DNA of 64,000 bases from Actinomycetota bacterium. GTDB taxonomy: Bacteria; Actinomycetota; Actinomycetes; S36-B12. Below, in pieces: positions 52,961 to 62,410 of this stretch. Both the position numbers and the translations under genes were made by a program. The stretch lies in assembly GCA_017856385.1 (NCBI GenBank), contig JAFMFD010000006.1, positions 3,467 through 67,466 on the forward strand. The letters are read 5' to 3'. The notes under the pieces were generated by a model that saw only the letters and a program-made list of their open reading frames with translations, was not told the DNA's origin and searched no databases. The number at the start of each line of letters is the position of its first letter. The first letter of the stretch is position 1.

Positions 52961-53193
52961 CGGTTCGAAGCGTGTTGATCGCCGCCGTGGTCGGCTATGC
53001 GGTGACGCTGGTGCTCTGGATCATTGTGGGATCCGCTGACGCCACCCTCGACGCCGGCGGCGTCATCAGTGAGCCGATAGCACGGTTGCCTTTCACGGCG
53101 CTCATCGTGGTGAGCGCGTTCACCTTCCTCGCCGCCACCGCACTGCTCATCACAGGCGTCGTCTTGTGGCTGACTCGACGATCCCGGGCCTGA
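52957..53193 (+). CDS. Small 2-TM membrane protein
   Basis: ATGA overlap, GAGG RBS, two hydrophobic helices, basic tail. Confidence 0.6.
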   Translation: MTVRSVLIAAVVGYAVTLVLWIIVGSADATLDAGGVISEPIARLPFTALIVVSAFTFLAATALLITGVVLWLTRRSRA

Positions 53194-53375
53194 CCGTAGG
53201 TCGCGTTCAAGGCATCTCGATGGGGAAGGATGCCCCACGTTGACGCGCCAGAAGCAGCACGGGTCCGCGCGTGAAGTCGCCCACCGGATCCCCACTGCGG
53301 TCCTGGTCCGATCCATCGACCGCGGTCAATGTGCCATAAGGCATTGCTCAACGCCGTTGGGCAGGGACCAAGTTG

Positions 53376-53457
53376 TGCGGAAGGCGGGACTTGAACCCGC
53401 ACGCCCGAAGGCACTGGTACCTAAAACCAGCGTGTCTGCCTGTTCCACCACTTCCGC
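53376..53457 (-). tRNA. tRNA-Leu (anticodon TAG), CCA not encoded
   Basis: GCGGAAGTGGTGGAACAGGCAGACACGCTGGTTTTAGGTACCAGTGCCTTCGGGCGTGCGGGTTCAAGTCCCGCCTTCCGCA; long variable arm. Confidence 0.97.
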
Positions 53458-53485
53458 GTGATCCTGAGCCTACGTGTCAGGGACC

Positions 53486-53953
53486 TCAGCCGGCGATGCT
53501 GAGGTCCCGCATCAGCTTCGCCACGTGACCCGTCGCCTTGACGTTGTAGAACGCGTGCTCAATGACGCCCTTGGGCGAGATGACGAAGGTTGAGCGGATC
53601 ACCCCGGTGACGACCTTGCCGTACAGCTTCTTCTCGCCGAAGGCTCCGTAGGCCGTCAGGACATTCCTGTCAGGATCGGACAGCAGCGGGAACGTCAGGC
53701 CGTCGCGCTCCTTGAAGGCCGCCAGCTTCTCCGGCTTGTCCGGGGAGAGGCCGAGCACGGCGTAACCCGCCGCCTGGAGGACGGACAGGTTGTCGCGGAA
53801 GTCGCATGCCTGCTTCGCGCAGCCCGGGGTCATCGCCGCGGGATACGCGTACAGGATGACGGTGCTGCCCTTGAGGCTCGCGAGCGTGACGGTGGCACCG
53901 GAGTCGTCGGTGAGGGAGAACGCGGGGGCCTTGTCGCCGGGGGAGAGCTGCAT
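53486..53953 (-). CDS. bcp: Peroxiredoxin Bcp/PrxQ
   Basis: YPAAMTPGCAKQACDFRD, GVIRSTF. Confidence 0.93.
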   Translation of the reverse strand: MQLSPGDKAPAFSLTDDSGATVTLASLKGSTVILYAYPAAMTPGCAKQACDFRDNLSVLQAAGYAVLGLSPDKPEKLAAFKERDGLTFPLLSDPDRNVLTAYGAFGEKKLYGKVVTGVIRSTFVISPKGVIEHAFYNVKATGHVAKLMRDLSIAG

Positions 53954-54008
53954 GCCCGAAGTCTGCCACTGGCCACGGTGGGGCGGCTGTCGCGTAGGCT
54001 CTGGCCCC

Positions 54009-54275
54009 ATGAGTGACGCGACCCCCGCGACCCCGCACCCGCACACCTCCCTCGTGGACCTGCAGGCCGAGGTCGTCGCTGCTCGCGAGGAGCTCGTTGC
54101 CTCGATCGCCGAACTCCGCTCGCAGACCACCGCGCCTGCCTTGGCGGGGCGCGCCGGGCGGTCCGTCCTCGGGATCTTCACCGACCAGTACGGCGGCATC
54201 CGTCCGGAGCGCGTCGCCATCGCAGCGGTCGTGGTCGTCGGCGTGCTCGCCATCGCCTTCCGTCGTCGCAAGTAG
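54009..54275 (+). CDS. DUF3618 family protein
   Basis: LQAEVVAAREELVASIAEL plus C-terminal TM; between bcp and groES-like gene. Confidence 0.75.
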   Translation: MSDATPATPHPHTSLVDLQAEVVAAREELVASIAELRSQTTAPALAGRAGRSVLGIFTDQYGGIRPERVAIAAVVVVGVLAIAFRRRK

Positions 54276-54283
54276 GAGAACGC

Positions 54284-54643
54284 GTGACGACCCTCGAGAG
54301 TGCACCCGACATCACGCCCAATGCGGATGGGTCGGTGCCCATCAAGCTCCTCCACGATCGTGTGCTGGTCCGTGAAGATGACGGCGGCCGGGAGCGGAGG
54401 AGCAGCGGAGGGATCGTCATCCCGGCGACCGCGCAGATGGGACGCCGTCTGGTGTGGGCCACCGTCGTGGCGGTGGGGCCGAATGTGCGCAGCGCCGAGA
54501 TCGGCGACCACGTGCTGTTCGAGCCGGAGGATCGCGGACTCGTCGAGCTGCAGGGCACCAACTACGTGCTGCTCCGCGAGCGGGACATCCACGCGGTTGC
54601 GGCCTCCCGCCACAGCGACGGCGGCACCGGTCTGTACCTGTGA
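54284..54643 (+). CDS. groES: GroES-like co-chaperonin (no adjacent groEL)
   Basis: IKLLHDRVLV, SSGGIVIP, VVAVGP, LLRERDIHAV; AGGAG RBS. Confidence 0.85.
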   Translation: MTTLESAPDITPNADGSVPIKLLHDRVLVREDDGGRERRSSGGIVIPATAQMGRRLVWATVVAVGPNVRSAEIGDHVLFEPEDRGLVELQGTNYVLLRERDIHAVAASRHSDGGTGLYL

Positions 54644-54714
54644 CCCCGCTTCGGTGACCCCGATGTCAGGGGTGTCCGGGCCCATGTGCTTTCATTCCCT
54701 TCACAACTGAATAC

Positions 54715-54862
54715 CTCATCCAGAGGGGCAGAGGGATACGGCCCGTTGAAGCCCCGGCAACCACTGAGCGTCACTCGTTCGCAACTGCGAGATGCACTGG
54801 TTCATCCAGTCCGAGGCCGCGCCAGCACGGTGCCAATTCCGACCTGACACAGGGCAGATGAG
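54715..54862 (+). ncRNA. SAM-I (S-box) riboswitch
   Basis: P1 CTCATC..GATGAG; CAGAGGGGCAGAGGGA..GGCCC..TGAAGCCCCGGCAACC; GGTGCCAATTCC; abuts the RBS. Confidence 0.92.
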
Positions 54863-54876
54863 AAGGAAGGCCTCAG

Positions 54877-56142
54877 ATGACTGCTCAGACACTCAGCCCG
54901 GCCGAGGGCGCACTCCTCGGCTCCGCCTACGCCCTCGCGTGCCGCGAGTGCGGTGCGGAGTACCCCCTCGACGCCAGCTATGCCTGCCTTGAGTGCTTCG
55001 GCCCCCTCGAGGTTGCGTACCGCCCGGCGTCCGTGACGCGCGAGCATATCGAGGCCGGCCCGGCCAGCATGTGGCGCTACGACGCCCTCCTGCCGGTCGA
55101 GCCGGGAGCCTCCTCCCGTCCCGGCCTCCAGCCGGGATTCACCCGGCTGGTCAAGGCCGACAACCTCGCCCGAGAGCTCGGCGCCCGGGCCGTGTGGGTC
55201 AAGGACGACTCCGGCAATCCCACGCACTCCTTCAAGGATCGCGTCGTGGCAGTCGCCTTGGAGAACGGACGCCGCCTCGGCTTCCGCACCATCGCCTGCG
55301 CATCAACGGGCAACCTCGCGAACGCCGTTGCAGCCGCCGGCTCGCGTGCCGGCCTCGACTCCGTCGTCTTCGTCCCCTCGAACCTGGAGGCGGGGAAGAT
55401 CGTCACCACCGCCGTGTACGGCGGAACCCTCGTCGCCATCGAGGGCAACTACGACGACGTCAACCGGCTCTGCTCCGAGATCGCGGCAAACCGGGAGTGG
55501 GGGTTCGTCAACGTCAACCTGCGTCCTTACTACGCCGAGGGCAGCAAGACGATGGGGTTCGAGATCGCCGAGCAGCTCGGCTGGCGGCTCCCCGATGCGT
55601 ATGTCTCGCCCGTGGCCTCAGGGTCACTTCTCACCAAGGTCGACAAGGCCTTCCGCGAGTTCATCAGGCTCGGACTCGTCGAGGATCGCGCCTACCAGGT
55701 GTTCGGCGCGCAGGCCACCGGCTGCTCGCCCGTCTCGCAGGCGTTCGCCGAGGGCAAGGACATCATCCGCCCGGTCCGGCCCGACACGATCGCCAAGTCG
55801 CTCGCGATCGGCAACCCGGCCGACGGTCCCTACGCGCTCGACGCCGTGCGCCGCACGGGCGGGGCCATCGCCGACGTCAGCGACGAGGAGATCGTCGAGG
55901 GAATCAAGCTGCTGGCGCGCACGGAGGGCATCTTCGCGGAGACCGCCGGCGGGGTGGTCGTGGCCACGTACCGCAAGCTGCTGGCCGAGGGCGGCATCGA
56001 CCCGGAGGCCGAGGTCGTCCTCCTCAACACCGGCGACGGCCTCAAGACCCTCGACGCCGTCGCACCCACGTCCGTGCCCACCTTCACCATCAGCCCCGCC
56101 TACGCCGACTTCGAGTCGGCCTACTCAGGAGAGAACGCATGA
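54877..56142 (+). CDS. Threonine-synthase-like PLP enzyme (probable O-phosphohomoserine sulfhydrylase, MetM-type)
   Basis: CxxC..CxxC N-terminus, NPTHSFKDR, ASTGN, EGSKT, NTGDGLK; downstream of SAM riboswitch and coupled to sulfur carrier. Confidence 0.8.
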   Translation: MTAQTLSPAEGALLGSAYALACRECGAEYPLDASYACLECFGPLEVAYRPASVTREHIEAGPASMWRYDALLPVEPGASSRPGLQPGFTRLVKADNLARELGARAVWVKDDSGNPTHSFKDRVVAVALENGRRLGFRTIACASTGNLANAVAAAGSRAGLDSVVFVPSNLEAGKIVTTAVYGGTLVAIEGNYDDVNRLCSEIAANREWGFVNVNLRPYYAEGSKTMGFEIAEQLGWRLPDAYVSPVASGSLLTKVDKAFREFIRLGLVEDRAYQVFGAQATGCSPVSQAFAEGKDIIRPVRPDTIAKSLAIGNPADGPYALDAVRRTGGAIADVSDEEIVEGIKLLARTEGIFAETAGGVVVATYRKLLAEGGIDPEAEVVLLNTGDGLKTLDAVAPTSVPTFTISPAYADFESAYSGENA

Positions 56143-56414
56143 GCATCGCCCTCAAGGTCCCGACCATCCTGCGCACCTACACCGGCGGCGCCGCCGAGGT
56201 GGCTGTCTCCGGCGGCACCCTCGCGGAGGCCATCGCCGATCTCGACGCCCAGTACCCCGGCATCGGCGCCCGCGTTCTCGATGACGAGGGCCGACTCCGT
56301 CGCTTCGTGAACGTCTATGTCAATGACGACGATGTGCGCTTCCTCGAGGACCTGCAGACGCCGACTCCGGACGGCGCCAACGTGTCGATCATCCCGGCGG
56401 TCGCGGGCGGCTGA
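56139..56414 (+). CDS. MoaD/ThiS sulfur-carrier protein
   Basis: VPTILR, RRFVNVYVN, ends IPAVAGG; ATGA overlap. Confidence 0.92.
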   Translation: MSIALKVPTILRTYTGGAAEVAVSGGTLAEAIADLDAQYPGIGARVLDDEGRLRRFVNVYVNDDDVRFLEDLQTPTPDGANVSIIPAVAGG

Positions 56415-56441
56415 CCGTCGCCGTCCGGCCCGCGACGGCGA

Positions 56442-57389
56442 CTACCGCAGGTGCTTGTCGAAGAAGGCATCCACCTTGCGGATCGAGTCGGCCCACGGGC
56501 CGTAGAAGTAGTGATCGGCCCCCTTGTACTCCACGAGGCGGGCATCGACGCCGGCCTCCTCGAGTGCCTCCTGCGTCTCACGAGCCCAGGTGATGTCGCA
56601 GGTGCGGTCGTTGGTCCCATGGAAGGCCAGTACCGGCTCGGTGATCCGGTCGAAGTAGTTGCGTGACGACATCTGCGCCCAGAGCGCAGGATTGCTGCGC
56701 GGCTCGCCGTACGCCTTGAGGATCCGGTCGCCGATGTCGTAGCGCTTGCGCTGCCAGCGGTTGAAGTTGTCGACCGGGTCCGAGCTCACCGAGGCGTAGG
56801 TCACCGCGGCATCGAAGACGCCGGGCTGGATGGCGAGGGCCTGGTAGACGACGCCCCCGCCCATCGAACGGCCAAGCACCGCCACGCGGTCCTTGTCGAG
56901 GTACGGGAGGCGGGACTCCTTGACGGCGAGCCCAGCGTTGATGACGTCCTCCGCGTAGCCGATGCGCATGTTGAGGTCGTGGTCCGGGTCGTCGTCCGAG
57001 CCTGAGTGATTGCGGTAATCGACATGGATCACGACGTAGCCGTTGCGGGCCAGCCAGTCCTGCTCGCGCATGAACCCCTGGCCGCTCCAGTAGACCTTCG
57101 GGTCGATGTAGCCGTGGGCGAGGATCACGACGGGGAACGGGCCTTCGCCGCGGGGCCGGTTCATGATGCCGCTGATGGTCAGGTCGTTGCTGCGGTACGT
57201 GACGCGGTGCCGCGTGTACTCGCTGTTCGAGGCGATCGCCCGGCTGGCGCGCAGGTCGCCGCCGGTCCGCTCGCGGGCGATGGCCCCCGGGATCGTGGGG
57301 TCGGTCGCGGCGGTGGCGGGAGAGGCGATCAGGGGTATCGACGCGACGACTATGGCCGTCACGATGAGCCGCGTCAGCAGGTGCTTCAC
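56442..57389 (-). CDS. Secreted S9-type alpha/beta hydrolase
   Basis: HGY, GRSMGG, HGTND, ADH. Confidence 0.85.
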   Translation of the reverse strand: MKHLLTRLIVTAIVVASIPLIASPATAATDPTIPGAIARERTGGDLRASRAIASNSEYTRHRVTYRSNDLTISGIMNRPRGEGPFPVVILAHGYIDPKVYWSGQGFMREQDWLARNGYVVIHVDYRNHSGSDDDPDHDLNMRIGYAEDVINAGLAVKESRLPYLDKDRVAVLGRSMGGGVVYQALAIQPGVFDAAVTYASVSSDPVDNFNRWQRKRYDIGDRILKAYGEPRSNPALWAQMSSRNYFDRITEPVLAFHGTNDRTCDITWARETQEALEEAGVDARLVEYKGADHYFYGPWADSIRKVDAFFDKHLR

Positions 57390-57403
57390 CCGATCAGGCT
57401 AGG

Positions 57404-58348
57404 TCAGCCCTCGGTTCGCAGCATGTCGAGAAGGTGGGCCACCGCTAGGGAGTCACGTGGCGGGACGACCCAGCCGGTCCCTCCAAGGATCACGGTGCTC
57501 ACCTGCTCGACCATGATCCGGTAGGCGTCGACGGGCGCGAACTCCTCGACGTGACCGTCGACGACGAGCGTGCTGGGTGCCCGCCAGCTGGTGAAGGCGT
57601 CGTTGCCGGGCAGGTCGATGCGACCCTCGCTTCCTGCGAGGGCCAACTGCTGATGCTCGGGCTGGATGAACGACGCGGTGATGCGCGCGCGTGTGCCGGG
57701 GCCCCACTGGAGGTCGGCCGACGTCGTCAGGTCCACGCCGCCGCGATGCCGCTCATGGACGACGTCGATGACGGCCAGAGCCGAGGGGTCGGGGATGGTG
57801 GCGACCAGGCCGTGCAGCGGGTAGACGCCGACGTCGAGGAGGGCGCCACCGCCGCGTTTCGGCTCGAGCCGGTAGTTACCCTGCGGCACCCCACTGAAGG
57901 TGAAGGAGCCCTCGTACTCGTGGACCGTTCCGACGCCGGCGCTGGCGACGAGCTCCGAGAGGCGCTGCATGCGGGGATGCCAGCGCGACCACGCCGCCTC
58001 GACCAGCAGCAGGCCACGGTGCTCCGCGAGCGCGAATGCCTCGACAGCCTGGTCATGCGAGAGCGTCAGCGGCTTCTCGCACAGCACGTGCTTGCCGGCC
58101 TCGAGGGCCGCGACGATCCACGGCAGGTGCGCGTCGTTGCTCAGCGCGATGTAGACGGCATCGACGTCCGGATCCTCGATGACCGCTGCATAGGAGTCGT
58201 AAGCGATGCGCGGGCCGAGGGCCTCGGCTCGGGCGCGGTCACGGGCGCCGATCGCCTGCAGCACGGCCCCGTCAGCGTCGTGGAAAGCCGCGGCGGTGGC
58301 GGTGCGAACGATCCAGCCCGCCCCGAGGACGCCCCAGCGGACGGTCAT
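57404..58348 (-). CDS. Gfo/Idh/MocA oxidoreductase
   Basis: GVLGAGWI, GKHVLCEKP, GGGALLDVGVY. Confidence 0.9.
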   Translation of the reverse strand: MTVRWGVLGAGWIVRTATAAAFHDADGAVLQAIGARDRARAEALGPRIAYDSYAAVIEDPDVDAVYIALSNDAHLPWIVAALEAGKHVLCEKPLTLSHDQAVEAFALAEHRGLLLVEAAWSRWHPRMQRLSELVASAGVGTVHEYEGSFTFSGVPQGNYRLEPKRGGGALLDVGVYPLHGLVATIPDPSALAVIDVVHERHRGGVDLTTSADLQWGPGTRARITASFIQPEHQQLALAGSEGRIDLPGNDAFTSWRAPSTLVVDGHVEEFAPVDAYRIMVEQVSTVILGGTGWVVPPRDSLAVAHLLDMLRTEG

Positions 58349-59352
58349 GCGAGGTCGGGGACCACCGGCAGGCCACCGGCGGCCGCAGACTCCTCAGCCG
58401 CCTGCATCACCGCGACGACATTGCGGGACTGGAGCGTGCGCACCTCGGTGGCCGTGCCGTCCTGCAGGTGCGCGGCCAGCTCGCGGTGGAACGTGAACGG
58501 CTCGATGTCGTCGAGGGGCACCGGCGAGCGTGTGCCGCTCGTGTCATGCAGGAACAGCAGTGCGGGAAGGTCCGCGACCGCGGGCTCGGCCCGGGAGTCC
58601 CACTCGCCCACGATCGCGCCCGTGGTGCCCAGCACGTGGTACTTCGGCTTGCGGGCTGCCGCGAGGTCGGAGTTGGTGAAGGTCGCGATGGTGCCGTCGG
58701 TGAAGGTGATCGTGACGACCGCGTGATCGGCGTTCGTCACGTGCAGCCAGTGCCGCTTGTGGTTCACGCCGGTCACGTGTGCGATGGGGGCGGGCATGAT
58801 CGACAGGATCTGGTCGATGAAGTGCGAGCCCCAGTCGAAGATCGCACCGCCGGAGACGGCGACATCGGAGTGCCAGAAGTCGCAGGGCCGACCGTAGCCG
58901 CCGACGAAGGCGTCGAACGAGAACACCTCGCCGATCGCCCCCTCGCGCACGAGGCGGCGCAGCGTGACGAAGTCGGCATCAAAGCGGCGGTTCTGGTAGA
59001 CGAGCAGCGTCCGGTCCGCCTCCTGCGCGCGCGATATGAGGTCGTCGCACTCGTCGCGGGTGAGCGCCATGGGCTTCTCGACCACGACGTGCAGACGGCG
59101 GTCGAGGGCGGCGCGCGCCCACTGGGCATGCGTGTTCGGGGGCGTGGAGATCACCACGACGTCGATCAGTCCGCTGTCGAGCATCGCCTGCGCATCGGTG
59201 AAGGGCGCCGCGGCGGGGGCGAGGGCGAGGGCGGCATCGAGACGCTCGGGATTGGTGTCACACACAGCCGTCAGCTTCAGGTCGGGGGTGGCGAGGATGG
59301 CCGCGCTGTGCTCGTCGCCGATCGCCCCGTACGCGAGGAGTCCGAATCGCAT
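58345..59352 (-). CDS. Gfo/Idh/MocA oxidoreductase
   Basis: HVVVEKP, YQNRRFD, GGAIFDWGSHFID. Confidence 0.9.
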   Translation of the reverse strand: MRFGLLAYGAIGDEHSAAILATPDLKLTAVCDTNPERLDAALALAPAAAPFTDAQAMLDSGLIDVVVISTPPNTHAQWARAALDRRLHVVVEKPMALTRDECDDLISRAQEADRTLLVYQNRRFDADFVTLRRLVREGAIGEVFSFDAFVGGYGRPCDFWHSDVAVSGGAIFDWGSHFIDQILSIMPAPIAHVTGVNHKRHWLHVTNADHAVVTITFTDGTIATFTNSDLAAARKPKYHVLGTTGAIVGEWDSRAEPAVADLPALLFLHDTSGTRSPVPLDDIEPFTFHRELAAHLQDGTATEVRTLQSRNVVAVMQAAEESAAAGGLPVVPDLA

Positions 59353-59848
59353 TCCCCGACGCTATCGGATGCTCAGTTCCCGCAGGCTCACGCCGAGTAG
59401 GCAGTGAGCGGACCACCCGCGGAGGACGAGTCATTCCTCGTCGCTGGTGCCCGCCCCGCCGATCGGCCACGCTGTGCAGCGCGACGCGCGTTATGACGAG
59501 GACGGTTCCCGCCAGGCAGGGTCCCGGCCCCCTCGGCACAACCGGTCGAGGCTGTCGACGCGACTCCTGCTGAGTGCGCAGGCGAGCCCGAGGGCCACTG
59601 GCCACCCATCTGCTGGATTCGGTTCCTGACCGCACCGCAGGAGGCGATGGCGGTCGACGCCATGCCGCCGTTCACCCCATCTTCCCTGGGAGGGGGATGG
59701 CCTGAGCCGTCCGCATCAACCGCCGCCCATAGGGCCCTCAGCGCCGTGATAGCCGAGCATTCCCGGTCGGCCGCCCGTCAAGCGGCTGCTGGGTCCTGCC
59801 ATCGGGAGCCACAATCATGGTTTCGCCTGCCAACGGAGGGGCCTACGC

Positions 59849-62386
59849 ATGTCTCTGACAGTCCATCGTTCTCGCCCCGCCCTGATGGTGGTGATCGGCT
59901 TGACGTTCGCTGCCCTCACGTTGAGTTCCGCCCCGACAGTCATGGCTGCGGCACCATCTGCTCCCCAGGACATCAGCGTGATCCCGGCTAGCGGTTCCCT
60001 GCTCATCAGCTGGTCCGCCCCGTCCAGCGATGGAGGAAGCACGATCACCGGCTACACGATGGAGGTCTACGACTCGGCGAGCGGTGGCACTCTCGTTGAC
60101 TCGTGCTCCCCTGCCTCGCTCTCGAGTCTGTCCTGCACCATGACTGGCCTGACCAACGGGAGCACCTACTACCTGACCGGTTACGCCACGAATGCCGACG
60201 GGAGCAGCACACCTACGACTCGCACCGCGGAGGTCGTGGGTGGCCCGGCATCGGCTCCCCGGAGCGTGGTCGCGTCGCGCCACACGAGATCCGTAGTCGT
60301 CGCCTGGCTGCCCCCGAGCTCCGATGGTGGGCTTGAGGTGACGAGCTACATCGCTCGTGCCTACACATCGTCTGCATCCTCGGCCTCGGTCGTCGGCTCG
60401 TGCACCACGACCGGTCTGACATGCGATATCGGGAGCCTCGAGGATGCGACGACCTACTACGTTGACGTCGCGGCCGTCACATCGCTCATGGAGGGCAGTC
60501 CGTCGGCACGCGTCAGGGTCTCGGCGGCCTCCTCCCCCACGTCTCCGCGCAATGTGAGGGTCGTTCGCGGTAACGGATTCGCCATGGTCACCTGGACCGC
60601 CCCCCTCTCCTTCGGTGGAGCTCGAGGTGTCACCTACCGTGTGCGGGCCTATCTCACTCCCACGGGGGGTGAGCCCTATGTGACATGTGAGCCGAAGGTC
60701 CTGAAGCCCCTCGAGTGCGATATCGGCCCGCTGCCCAACGGCACGACCTACTACATCGACGTGCTGGCATCGAATGCGCTGCTGGACGGGGTGCCGTCCG
60801 AGCCGCGGATTGCCGTCATCCCCGCGGCTCCGCCCGAGGTGCCTCGATCAGTAGCCGCAGTGCAGGTCGGTCCCGAGGTTCATGTCACGTGGCAGGTCCC
60901 TGTGGCTGATGGCGGACTGCCGATCTCTGCCTACAAGGCCACCGCTCACTCGGCCCCGACGGGCGGGAAGGTCATGGGGTTCTGCACCTCCTCTGGAGAT
61001 CAATGCGTCATCACGGGCCTCGAGGACGCACCCGTCTACGTGGACGTGATCGCCGAGACCGAGGCGGGCACGAGTTCCGCGTCCGTGCCTCGCGTGCAGG
61101 TGCTCCTCGTGGATCCACCGGATGCCCCGCGGGCCGTGGCTGTCACTCCTCAGGGTCGCTCGATGCGCATCACGTGGCAGCCACCGAACGACGACGGCCG
61201 AACGCCGATCGCCTCGTACACCGCGACGGTGAGGGATGCGACAGGGCAGGCTGAGGTAGGCGCATGCCCGGTCTATGCGGCGAGCGTTCGCAATGACGGT
61301 GGCGCCGCAGGATCGCAGCGCCGGATCGGCTGCACGGTCCGCGGTCTGGTGACGGGGTCCACCTACACAGTGAGTGTCCGTGCGACCACCGTTGCCGGAA
61401 CCTACGCATCGTCCCCACCGTTCCAGCTGGTGCTGGAGCCACGCAGGCCGATGACTCCGCGCGACGTGACCCTGCTGCCGGGAGACCACACGGTCACGGC
61501 GGTGTGGACGCTTCCCGCCTCGGATGGCGGAAGCCCGATCTCGGGCTACATCGTGCAGGCCTGGAGCAAGGAGAGCGGTGGAACCAGACTGGCCGAGTGC
61601 AGCGTCGATGCCGACGCCGATGCCTCACTGAGCTCGTGCACGATCGACGGCCTGGACAATTTCGAGCCGTACTGGTTTGAGGTAGCTGCCATATCCAAGG
61701 CCGGACGTGGTGCCTACTCCGTTCGTCAGGATCGCGAGCCGCAGCCCTCGACCCCGTCCGCGCCGTTGGCTGTTCAGTTGGCTGAACGCGATGGGGCGAT
61801 CAAGGTCTCGTGGCGGGCTCCATGGTCCGATGGCGGCTATGAGATTCGTGACTACCTCGTCCGCTCCTACCTTGAGAAGCCGACGACGACCTCCACCACA
61901 CCGTCTGTCGCGGTCCCGGCCACCCCAACGTCCGTCGGGAGGGTCGTCCATGAGTGCACGGTTCAGGCACCGGCGACCACGTGCACCCTGGCGGGCTACA
62001 AGGAGGCGGAGCACACATGGGTCGAGGTCGTGGCGGTGAACACCGTGGGTGAGGGCACCCCGTCCGGGGCTATCGACACCACCATCGTCGCCAACCGACC
62101 TGCTGCTCCGGAGAATGTCACGGCTGCTCTCACCTAGAGCAGCGTGGTCGTGAGGTGGGACGCCGTCCCCACCAGCGGCGCCCTCGAACTCTTGGGGTAC
62201 AGGGCAACCCTGTGGAGAGACGAGAAGGACCGGGGCGGGGTCGGACAGTGCGCGACGACCACTGAAACGACGTGCACAATCGAGGTTGGCAAGGAGGACG
62301 GGACGTTCCTTGTGAGCGTCCGTGCCCGCAACTCGTTCGGCTGGAGCGACACCAGCAGTCCCCGTACGAAGGTGGCTCGGGACTGA
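59849..62386 (+). CDS. Secreted protein with eight Cys-pair FN3 repeats; in-frame TAG at 62135-62137 inside repeat 8
   Basis: Signal peptide; repeats PxAPxxV..WxxPxSDGG..Y..C..C; same frame resumes after the TAG and completes the domain at TGA 62384-62386. Confidence 0.8.
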
Positions 62387-62410
62387 GACGCGTGCTGGGA
62401 CCGTCGCCCT

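Noticed and set aside
53376-53457. tRNA with anticodon TAG as a suppressor of the FN3 TAG stop
   Set aside because: Anticodon UAG reads CUA (Leu); an amber suppressor needs anticodon CUA
54284-54643. groES without groEL as a novelty
   Set aside because: A stand-alone GroES-like gene beside bcp/DUF3618 is a familiar actinomycete arrangement
59530-59670. Partial resemblance to c-di-GMP-I or c-di-AMP riboswitches
   Set aside because: Core consensus segments (GGCAAAC..GACGCAAAG; GGGGTGAATC..CCGTCAGCTAAC) are not present
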